Below, piece by piece: positions 9,249 through 15,984 of a stretch of DNA of 32,000 nucleotides (position 1 is its first letter; every line of letters begins with the position of its first letter). Origin of the DNA: Alphaproteobacteria bacterium (GTDB taxonomy: Bacteria; Pseudomonadota; Alphaproteobacteria; CAAHEQ01; UBA3637); NCBI GenBank assembly GCA_045605805.1, contig JAZUQR010000008.1, positions 35,932-67,931 on the forward strand, written 5' to 3'. Below the pieces are notes generated by a model. The model searched no databases and was not told the DNA's origin. It worked only from the letters and a program-made list of their open reading frames with translations. Both the position numbers and the translations under genes were made by a program.

Positions 9249-11483
9249 ATGATTTACTTTTCACATATTACAAACCCTTTTCAGCCGAATAAGGGTCGGA
9301 TAGATCGTGTCCTTGACGAAGGGAAAACGGTCTGGCAACTGGTCGAAGAACAGAAAGTTGACTTGAAACGCCCGACAATTTGTATGATCAACGGTGGTGC
9401 AGTCCTCAGAAAGTTTTGGAACGACCTTGTTCAGCCAGATTCGCTTGTTTGCTTTATCACGCTTCCGGAAGGCGGTGGCGGCGGTAAATCCTCAAATCCA
9501 GTTCAGGTTGTTTTAATGGTCGCGGTTGTTGTTGCTTCCGTTTATACCGGTGGTGCTGTGGCGGCGGCCTATGGTGCTGTTTGGGGTGGTGTTGCGGCGG
9601 CGGCAGTTTCCATTGGCGGAAGCTTTCTTGTCAACACATTCGTTCCACCACCTAAGGCCTCTCTTAACGGGTCCGGCTCGGCCAACTCAATAGCGGCACA
9701 AAGTCCGACTTATTCCTTGCAAGCACAAGGTAATCAGGCCCGGCTTGGCAGTCCGATACCGGTTATTTATGGCCGACACCTGATTTATCCGGATTTTGCC
9801 AGTCAGCCTTATTACGGCTATGCAAACGATGAACAATACACTTATCAAGTGCACTGCATCGGCCAAGGCTACTATGACATCGAGAAAATCCGGATTGAGG
9901 ACACGCCAATCAGCTCGTTTGAAGAGATAACATATCAGATTATCAATCCGGGCGAGAAGAACACGCTCTTTCGTGATGATGTGGTAACTTCGCCGGAGGT
10001 TGCCGGACAAGAGCTTTTGAAAGGAAACACGATCGGGCCGTTTGTCTTAAACCCGACCGAAAGTGAAATTGACCGGGTGGAAATTGATGTTGCTTGTCAG
10101 CGCGGCCTTTATTACGCAAATGACAGCGGCGGCCTGAACACAAAATCGGTTCAATGGCGCGTTGATGCCCGAAAAATTGATGATGAGGATAATCCCTTGG
10201 GTGACTGGTTCACTCTCGGGACCGAAACATTGTCAGCCAATACGGTCAACGGTCTTTACCGGACATATGGTTATTCGGTGGCAAAAGGCAGATACGAAGT
10301 CCGGGCCACACGTTTAGATGATAAAGATACATCTTCACGCGCTGGACATGAACTCCGTTGGGCCTCGGCAAAAGGCTTTATTGTATCAAATCCGAGTTAC
10401 GGCGACGTAACCTTGCTCGCCATTAAGATGAAAGCCACAAATAACCTGTCGCAACGTTCAAGCCGTATGGTTAACTGTATTGTGACAAGGAAGTTGCCGA
10501 CCTGGTCACCGTCTGGTGGCTGGACCGGCAGAGTGCCGACACGCTCTATCGCCTGGGCAATAGCCGACATCTTAAAAGCTAACTATGGTGCAAGACTGAC
10601 TGACAAGTCCATAGATCTTGAAGGTTTATACCGGCTGGATCAGATTTGGGCCGCACGGGGTGATACGTTTAATGCCGTCTTTGATTCCAAATTGACGGTT
10701 TATGATGCCTTGTCGCGAACCTGCAAAGTCGGACGTTCCGTTCCCTACATTCAAGGCGGCATTGTTCGCTTTGTCCGGGATGAGCCAAAATCAATACCGG
10801 TTGCATTGTTCGGGCCAAGAAACATCGTCAAAAACAGCCTGACAATTCAATACATCATGCCCTCTGAAGATACAGCGGACAGCGTTTGTGTTCAGTATTT
10901 TTCGGACCGAACTTGGAAGAACTCAGAGATAACCGGCAGTTTTGAAGGCTCCACCTCAGATAAGACGGCAACGGTTGAGCTTTTCGGTTGTACCGATAAA
11001 AACCAAGCTCTCCGGGAGGCCATCTATATGGCGTTGGCTAACCGATATCGCCGGCGAATTGTGACATTTTCAACCGAATTGGAAGGTCTGATCCCGAGCT
11101 ATGGGGATTTGATTTCCATTACGCATGATATGCCGCATTGGGGTTCAGGTGGTGAAATCCTGTCAAAAAATGACATGACTTTAACGCTATCCGAGCCGGT
11201 TGAGTTTACCGAGGGCCAAACTCACTATTTGGCTTTAAGAACTCGAACCGGGGAACTATCAGGACCGTACCGGGTAAAAGCCGGTTCGCTTCCGACTGAG
11301 GTTATTTTGCTAGATACTCCCGATATTCCTATCGATACCGGGACCGATGCAGAACGAACTCATTTTGCCTTTGGAACTCAAGACAAATGGGGAACATTAG
11401 CTCGTGTGACAGGGATTAAACCACGCTCCGGCAAGGTTGAAATTACCGCCGTCATTGAGGACAACAGAGTTCACGCCAATTAA
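9249..11483 (+). CDS. Host specificity / central tail tip protein (lambda J-like) with an I-like N-terminal module
   Basis: 744 aa. The N-terminal ~70 aa plus a GGGGGK and Gly/Ala/Val-rich hydrophobic stretch resemble lambda gpI. The remainder is the size of a J-type tip protein and sits in the J position. Confidence 0.7.
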   Translation: MIYFSHITNPFQPNKGRIDRVLDEGKTVWQLVEEQKVDLKRPTICMINGGAVLRKFWNDLVQPDSLVCFITLPEGGGGGKSSNPVQVVLMVAVVVASVYTGGAVAAAYGAVWGGVAAAAVSIGGSFLVNTFVPPPKASLNGSGSANSIAAQSPTYSLQAQGNQARLGSPIPVIYGRHLIYPDFASQPYYGYANDEQYTYQVHCIGQGYYDIEKIRIEDTPISSFEEITYQIINPGEKNTLFRDDVVTSPEVAGQELLKGNTIGPFVLNPTESEIDRVEIDVACQRGLYYANDSGGLNTKSVQWRVDARKIDDEDNPLGDWFTLGTETLSANTVNGLYRTYGYSVAKGRYEVRATRLDDKDTSSRAGHELRWASAKGFIVSNPSYGDVTLLAIKMKATNNLSQRSSRMVNCIVTRKLPTWSPSGGWTGRVPTRSIAWAIADILKANYGARLTDKSIDLEGLYRLDQIWAARGDTFNAVFDSKLTVYDALSRTCKVGRSVPYIQGGIVRFVRDEPKSIPVALFGPRNIVKNSLTIQYIMPSEDTADSVCVQYFSDRTWKNSEITGSFEGSTSDKTATVELFGCTDKNQALREAIYMALANRYRRRIVTFSTELEGLIPSYGDLISITHDMPHWGSGGEILSKNDMTLTLSEPVEFTEGQTHYLALRTRTGELSGPYRVKAGSLPTEVILLDTPDIPIDTGTDAERTHFAFGTQDKWGTLARVTGIKPRSGKVEITAVIEDNRVHAN

Positions 11484-11496
11484 GAAAGGACACATC

Positions 11497-11739
11497 ATGG
11501 ATTGGATTCAATTTTTACAGATCATCTGCGTACCGGCCTTTGGCTGGTTTTTTTATAAGCTCGGCGAACAGCGCAAAGAATTAAAAACTCTTGAGCGCGA
11601 CCTCAACGAGTTCAAAGTTGCGGTGGCCAAAGAGTATGCCACTCAGGTTAACATCAATCGCCTGGAGACAAAGATTGATGAATTACATCAGCTTTTATGG
11701 GAGATGCACAATGAACACACCTCGCGGCATAAGAAATAA
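11497..11739 (+). CDS. Small membrane/coiled-coil protein of the lysis cassette (holin-like)
   Basis: The ATG at 11497 follows TTAAGAAAGGAC. It has one N-terminal TM segment (ICVPAFGWFFYKL) followed by a charged helix. The ORF-track start at 11437 lies inside the J-like gene. Confidence 0.5.
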   Translation: MDWIQFLQIICVPAFGWFFYKLGEQRKELKTLERDLNEFKVAVAKEYATQVNINRLETKIDELHQLLWEMHNEHTSRHKK

Positions 11740-12118
11740 TAACCCCGGAAATATCCGGTGGGGATCGGACTGGAAAGGATTAAAAAAGGACGGAAAGCAA
11801 CAGGATCCGTCCTTTTGTGTATTTGAAACGCCTGAATATGGTATCCGGGCGTTGGCCAAATTACTCCGGAACTATCAGCGGCTTTATGGCCTGAACACGC
11901 CTTATCGGATAATCAGCCGGTACGCGCCACCGACCGAAAACGAAACAGTTTCATATATTGACAGCGTTTCGTGGCAACTGAACATCACGCCGGACACGCC
12001 GGTCGACCTTTCGGAAGATGGTGTTTTGATGGTGTTTATAAAAGCAATCATTAGACATGAGAACGGCATACAACCATACTCTAATGAAACTCTATTGAAA
12101 GGAATTCAAATGGCATGA
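11711..12118 (+). CDS. Endolysin-like protein
   Basis: An internal ATG at 11711 gives MNTPRGIRNNNPGNIRW..., an N-terminal motif I recall from small phage cell-wall hydrolase-type proteins. Located in the lysis cassette. Catalytic class unknown. Confidence 0.5.
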   Translation: MNTPRGIRNNNPGNIRWGSDWKGLKKDGKQQDPSFCVFETPEYGIRALAKLLRNYQRLYGLNTPYRIISRYAPPTENETVSYIDSVSWQLNITPDTPVDLSEDGVLMVFIKAIIRHENGIQPYSNETLLKGIQMA

Positions 12119-12333
12119 AAAAGCGGCTTTGGATCCCGGTCCTCGGGTGGATCCTGTGCTACGGGTTTCTGCACAACTGCCTGATTTCGCCTATAACAGG
12201 CCTGCCGGTAGTGGACTGGGAGTATTTATTAACGGCCATGGGCATTTTACTCGGTGTCAGTGGCGTACGAGATATTGGGTTAAAGGAAAGGAAAAAACAA
12301 GATGTGGTATCAGATAACAAACCTTTGGAATAA
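12115..12333 (+). CDS. Holin-like membrane protein (two TM segments)
   Basis: ATGA overlap with the endolysin-like gene. 72 aa with two hydrophobic helices and a charged C-terminus. Confidence 0.55.
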   Translation: MKKRLWIPVLGWILCYGFLHNCLISPITGLPVVDWEYLLTAMGILLGVSGVRDIGLKERKKQDVVSDNKPLE

Positions 12334-12523
12334 AGGTAAATACTGGATAATTGCCGGAGCGGTGGCCGTTTTATACATACTCGGCTATCGGCGCGGCAAG
12401 GAAAAAGAACAAGTCAAAGTAATGAAAGGAACGGTGGACAATGTTAAAACAGCTAAGAATAGTCGGGACAGCCTGGCTGATCCTGAGCGCGTTAAGCGGT
12501 TGCACAACAAATATAAACGGTGA
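12302..12523 (+). CDS. i-spanin-like protein
   Basis: 73 aa with an N-terminal TM segment (YWIIAGAVAVLYILGY) and a charged periplasmic part. The next ORF overlaps it in another frame. Confidence 0.5.
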   Translation: MWYQITNLWNKGKYWIIAGAVAVLYILGYRRGKEKEQVKVMKGTVDNVKTAKNSRDSLADPERVKRLHNKYKR

Positions 12524-12635
12524 TTTTTGCCTTTTATATGAACCGGTGTATGCCGATTATGAGCATGATACCCCGGAAACGGTCCGTCAAATTGATAGAA
12601 ACAATGTGATTTACGATGATTTATGTACAAATTAA
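12441..12635 (+). CDS. o-spanin-like lipoprotein
   Basis: Signal peptide with a lipobox (LILSALSG-C). 64 aa. Its start lies inside the i-spanin gene in a different frame, the classic Rz/Rz1 overlapping arrangement. Confidence 0.6.
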   Translation: MLKQLRIVGTAWLILSALSGCTTNINGDFCLLYEPVYADYEHDTPETVRQIDRNNVIYDDLCTN

Positions 12636-12732
12636 AAGATTTTGTTTGACTTTTCTTGCAAAAATGGCTCGAATCATAAGCGGAGGTGTCATGAACCTCT
12701 GTAATCTTAATATTAAGAAAGGAAAATTAAAC

Positions 12733-13005
12733 ATGAATAAAACTGAATTTGTTGAAGCAGTTGCTAAAGAAGCTAAAGCCTCTAAAGCCGCCGCAAATGA
12801 ATTGGTAAACGCTGTTGTAGCTGTTGTTACAAAAGCATTGAAAAAAGGTGAATCAGTTCAAATCACTGGTTTCGGTACATTTGAAGTAGCAAAACGCGCC
12901 GCTCGTAAAGGTCGCAATCCTGCTACCGGTAAAGAAATCAAAATCCCGGCATCAAAAGCTCCTAAGTTCAAAGCCGGCGCAGTCTTGAAAAAAGCTGTAA
13001 AATAA
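12733..13005 (+). CDS. hup: HU/IHF-family DNA-binding protein
   Basis: 90 aa, MNKTEFVEAVA...GFGTFEV..R.AR.GRNP.TG..I.I....P.FK.G..LK, which matches the full-length HU signature. The ATG at 12733 follows TTAAGAAAGGAAAA, the same RBS cassette the phage genes use. Confidence 0.9.
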   Translation: MNKTEFVEAVAKEAKASKAAANELVNAVVAVVTKALKKGESVQITGFGTFEVAKRAARKGRNPATGKEIKIPASKAPKFKAGAVLKKAVK

Positions 13006-13025
13006 GCCAAATTTGTCTTAATATA

Positions 13026-13055
13026 CCTCACAGGTTCTATCCCGTGAGGTTTTTT
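13026..13055 (+). terminator. Rho-independent terminator after the HU gene
   Basis: Stem CCTCAC (13026-31) / GTGAGG (13044-49) followed by a T-run (13050-55). Confidence 0.7.
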
Positions 13056-13056
13056 G

Positions 13057-13085
13057 TTGCATTTTAATCTGCCATGGGTTATAAT
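13057..13085 (+). promoter_or_regulatory. Sigma70-type promoter for the DGR operon
   Basis: TTGCAT (13057-62), a 17-nt spacer, then a perfect TATAAT (13080-85). Predicted transcription start near 13092. Confidence 0.5.
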
Positions 13086-13091
13086 GACCGA

Positions 13092-13343
13092 GCTTGGTTA
13101 GTTATGCCCAATCAGGCTAGGATTCGATAAATCCGATTATCAGTATGGGCAGAAGGTATTTCTGTCGGCATCCGCCATGGATACGCCGAAAGATTGTGTT
13201 AGTTCATGGGTGGATGCCTGCCGAATAAGGTATCCACCCCAATAAGGCAGGACTATTTCTCATACTGATAATAGTTTATCGACATCCACCCGCCTCATCA
13301 CAGGTGGGTAAATTGTTGATATGGGGCGTATGAAGGGTGGATC
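13092..13343 (+). promoter_or_regulatory. Highly structured ~250-nt 5' leader (candidate riboswitch or attenuator) with SD-sequestering alternative helices
   Basis: Long-range stem 13136-13147 (attatcagtatg) with 13261-13272 (catactgataat). GGGTGGAT occurs at 13208-15 and at 13335-42, where it overlaps the SD of the first gene. ATCCACCC occurs at 13232-39 and 13284-91. GGCATCCGCC at 13167-76 also pairs with 13208-18. I could not match it to any known riboswitch class. Confidence 0.45.
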
Positions 13344-13784
13344 ATGGGCAAGATATGCTCGTTTTTTGGACACAGTCATTTATATGGACAATCGGACCGT
13401 ATTGCCCAACAATTAAGGCAAGTCATTATCAATTTAATCGGACAAGGTGTTGATACCTTTTACGTTGGCAATCATGGTGAGTTTGATATTTTTGCCAGCC
13501 GGGTAGCCTATGATCTGAAAAGTTTATATCCTAACATCCAAATCATTGTTGTTTTATGTTATCCAAATGAGTTGCAATACTTAAAATGTGCCTTCACGGA
13601 TTTTTTGATGCCTCCGGAAATAGAAGCGGCCCCCAAACGGGCTTGCATTGTAACTCGCAATCATTGGGTTGCTGATAATTCTGACTACATCGTCTGCTTT
13701 ATCAAATACAAAATGGGTGGAGCCTATGCGGCTATCGAATACGCCCAAAAGCACCATAAACAGATTATAGAGGTGAGAGCATGA
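13344..13784 (+). CDS. SLOG-family (DUF1273/YpsA-like) protein, probable DGR accessory gene
   Basis: 146 aa. FFGHS...G(Q)GVDTFYVGNHGEFDIFA...YPNIQIIVVL resembles the Rossmann-like YpsA/DUF1273 pattern. It is the first gene of the operon. Family assignment is from memory. Confidence 0.5.
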   Translation: MGKICSFFGHSHLYGQSDRIAQQLRQVIINLIGQGVDTFYVGNHGEFDIFASRVAYDLKSLYPNIQIIVVLCYPNELQYLKCAFTDFLMPPEIEAAPKRACIVTRNHWVADNSDYIVCFIKYKMGGAYAAIEYAQKHHKQIIEVRA

Positions 13785-13883
13785 ACCAAGCAGGCATACG
13801 TCACATTTGGGCTGAACGGTTGACTTCGCAAGGGAAGACGGATAAAATTGGCCCGGTAAAAACTCATAAAGAATGGTGTAAAA

Positions 13884-14477
13884 ATGCGTAAAGATCAAGT
13901 CAGTCGTAATCAAAGAATTCATATGCCCAGGAAGGTAGAAAACGTTTCGGGGCAATTAATGCTACCTGTGGATGTTGCTTCTGTAAAGCAAGCATTTGCA
14001 ACAGCTAATGACAAACGATTTAAATATGCTGATGCGCTGGATCAAGCAACCAAAGAAGATCCGGAATTGCATCAAATTTCAACAATTCCAAGCGATTCAA
14101 GCGAATTAATTGTTATAACGAAACTTAAAAAACTGGGGGCTTATATTCTAGCCGTGACGGTTAAATCGCCGGCCAAATTTAGACCTGTTTTTATCAATCG
14201 GATGCAAAATTACAGCTTGTCGGCTTTGGAAAATTTATTGAATGCTAATTTTATTCGGATGGATAGCCCCGAACATAAAGCCCAGCGAGAAAAGCATCAA
14301 ACGGATGCACTCATTCAGTTAAAAATGGTGGCATATGTTGCAATGCTGTCGGAAAATGCAAAGTGTATTTTGATGAGGCAGTATAAACAAATATCAATTC
14401 AGGTTGGTGAAATTATTAACCTGATTATGGCATGGAAAAAAAGTGATGATAAACAATGGCAAACAAAAAAGTTTTGA
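13884..14477 (+). CDS. avd: Avd-like accessory variability determinant (four-helix-bundle type) with an N-terminal extension
   Basis: The C-terminal ~120 aa are helical and basic, with the pattern SPAKFR...L..A......H.....A...L.....L.......QY.QI..QVGEI.NLIMAWKKS, like bAvd and 23S-IVS-type four-helix bundles. It ends 38 nt upstream of the TR, the canonical avd position. Alternative starts are at 13923 and 13959. Confidence 0.6.
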   Translation: MRKDQVSRNQRIHMPRKVENVSGQLMLPVDVASVKQAFATANDKRFKYADALDQATKEDPELHQISTIPSDSSELIVITKLKKLGAYILAVTVKSPAKFRPVFINRMQNYSLSALENLLNANFIRMDSPEHKAQREKHQTDALIQLKMVAYVAMLSENAKCILMRQYKQISIQVGEIINLIMAWKKSDDKQWQTKKF

Positions 14478-14515
14478 ATCCGAAAGGGTCAAAAGAGGGA
14501 AAGTTGATAATGCGT

Positions 14516-14635
14516 ATTGTGCCTCTTGGTCCGCGTCTTCAAATGAAAATGAAAACGTGCGTTGCGTCAACTATAAGGGCGATAAGAACTGGAATAACAC
14601 GAATAAACGTAAAATCTCGGCGCGCCCCGATTTGC
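14516..14635 (+). repeat. DGR template repeat (TR)
   Basis: 120 nt matching 16142-16261. It contains 37 adenines, including 8 AAY codons in the register of the target frame. It ends in the GC-rich element TCTCGGCGCGCCCC (14615-28). Confidence 0.95.
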
Positions 14636-14890
14636 TTTTAAGGAGAACAACAAAATGTGGTCGGCAAAGACACAGATCTCTGAAACAAGCCAGATATGTG
14701 GATTTTAGAAAAAATCCGCCCGTGCTTAAAGCAAAGGAAACTTTCTCTTTTCTAACCGCTGTCAGCTTAATGCTCAGTGCGGTGGAAGAAGTAAAAATGC
14801 AAAGTTTGCGTTTTATGGGGTATCACATATATTGACACGTCTTGTTTTAATATATTATCGGGTACCCCTTTTTTACAACAAAAGAGAACG

Positions 14891-15940
14891 ATGAAGATAG
14901 AAGAGATATTTACATTTGAAAACTTGGTTGCGGCCCACAAAGCATGTCGGCTGAGTAAGCAACATAAACGAGGAACAATCATGTTTGAAATTGAATTGGG
15001 GCGTAATGTCACCAATCTGGTCAAACAATTGACGGCTAGAACATATCGTTTAAGTCCTTACAGATCCTTTACCATTTATGATCCGAAGAAAAGATTAATT
15101 GAAGCGTTACCCTACAAAGACAGAGTGGTTTTAATGTGCTTTTGTCAGCATTCGGTAGCTCCCCGGCTAGAGAGACACCTGATTTATGACAATGCCGCTT
15201 CACGCAAAGAAAAAGGAACGCATTTTGCGGTAGAGAGATTGCATTCATTTATGCGAAAGCTGTACATCAAAAACAAAACAAATCGGATTTATTTTTTGAA
15301 ATGCGATATCAGGAAATATTTTCAAAGCATCAATCATGAGATTTTATTGGAACTGTTGGCCAAGACCGGTTTTTCGGCTGATGAGATGTGGTTTTTAAGG
15401 ATGATCATTGAATCACACGGTTCCATCGGGTTGCCTTTGGGTAATCAGACCAGCCAATGGTTTGCCTTGCTTTATTTGAACGGAATGGACAGGCTGATTA
15501 AAGAACGTCTGCGTATGTCCTGTTATGTGCGCTATATGGATGATTTTGTTATCCTAAGCGAAGATAAAGCCAAATTACAGCTGTGTAGAAAGCAAATTGA
15601 TGAATATGTCAAAGGATTAAAGCTGTCCTTAAATCAAAAGACACAAATCGGGCTGTTATCGGATGGTATTGATTTTTTGGGATTTAACCACAAATTATCG
15701 GCCACAGGTAAGATTATCAAATCTTTGCGTGGATCGGCCAAAAGCCGCCAAAGAAAATACCTGAAAACCATCCGTCATTACTATTTGAATGATGTCCTGG
15801 ATGATGAGTACCTAGACGTCCGTTTAGCCTCGTTTCGCGGGCATTTAAAGGGGACTAAGAACTGGATCCATATCAGCAACCGCTTGGCTTCCTTAAAACA
15901 CGAGAAACGCCGTACAAAAAAAATTGTTGCAGAACAATAA
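14891..15940 (+). CDS. DGR-type reverse transcriptase
   Basis: 349 aa. Has RT motifs including LPLGNQTSQ (the DGR-characteristic NQ/SQ motif) and the catalytic YMDD (VRYMDDFVIL). There is no maturase or endonuclease extension. The TR lies 255 nt upstream. Confidence 0.9.
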   Translation: MKIEEIFTFENLVAAHKACRLSKQHKRGTIMFEIELGRNVTNLVKQLTARTYRLSPYRSFTIYDPKKRLIEALPYKDRVVLMCFCQHSVAPRLERHLIYDNAASRKEKGTHFAVERLHSFMRKLYIKNKTNRIYFLKCDIRKYFQSINHEILLELLAKTGFSADEMWFLRMIIESHGSIGLPLGNQTSQWFALLYLNGMDRLIKERLRMSCYVRYMDDFVILSEDKAKLQLCRKQIDEYVKGLKLSLNQKTQIGLLSDGIDFLGFNHKLSATGKIIKSLRGSAKSRQRKYLKTIRHYYLNDVLDDEYLDVRLASFRGHLKGTKNWIHISNRLASLKHEKRRTKKIVAEQ

Positions 15941-15984
15941 ATTGTATGATATACTGGGAGTATAAGCTAAATTAGGAGGCTCAT

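Larger units (their letters stand above)
1..12635 (+). mobile_element. Prophage late region (tail morphogenesis plus lysis modules); left end lies outside the window
   Basis: Co-directional, tightly packed or overlapping genes in the lambda-like order: tube, G/GT chaperone, tape measure, minor tail proteins, fibres, NlpC/P60, J-like protein, then endolysin/holin/spanins. No integrase or att site is visible, so the boundaries are not defined. Confidence 0.85.

Noticed and set aside
11437-11739. ORF-track starts at 11437, 11591, 12616, 5763 and 8275
   Set aside because: These upstream starts overlap preceding genes or are non-ATG codons without an RBS. Internal ATGs with good RBSs (11497, 11711, 12733, 5802, 8305) give products that match paralogs or family N-termini.
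12129-12317. 62-aa ORF in an alternative frame of the holin-like gene
   Set aside because: It lies entirely within 12115-12333. It is Pro/Arg/Gly-rich with no RBS, whereas the annotated frame gives a typical two-TM holin-like protein.
13092-13343. The structured leader as a known riboswitch, T-box, tmRNA, SRP RNA, 6S RNA or retron msr/msd
   Set aside because: I could not find the diagnostic conserved cores of those classes (for example the T-box UGGGUGGUACCGCG, the B12 box, or the TPP CUGAGA/ACCUGAUCUGGAUAAUGCCAGCG). It is kept as an unclassified structured leader, not a named family.
14443-14835. 130-aa ORF whose product (…CASWSASSNENENVRCVNYKGDKNWNNTNKRKISARP…) looks like a paralog of the N-terminus of the ATPase protein
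   Set aside because: The similarity is confined to the 120-nt TR and shows the adenine-only mismatch pattern. The ORF is an open frame running through the TR and spacer RNA, with no convincing RBS. It is best read as non-coding DGR template. The same applies to 14456-14641.
14891-15940. Reverse transcriptase as a retron, group II intron or Abi/DRT-type defence RT
   Set aside because: The TR/VR pair, the Avd-like gene and the LGNQTSQ motif fit a DGR. There is no msr/msd-like inverted-repeat unit directly upstream, no intron domain V/VI-like structure, and no maturase/En domain. The protein is only 349 aa.
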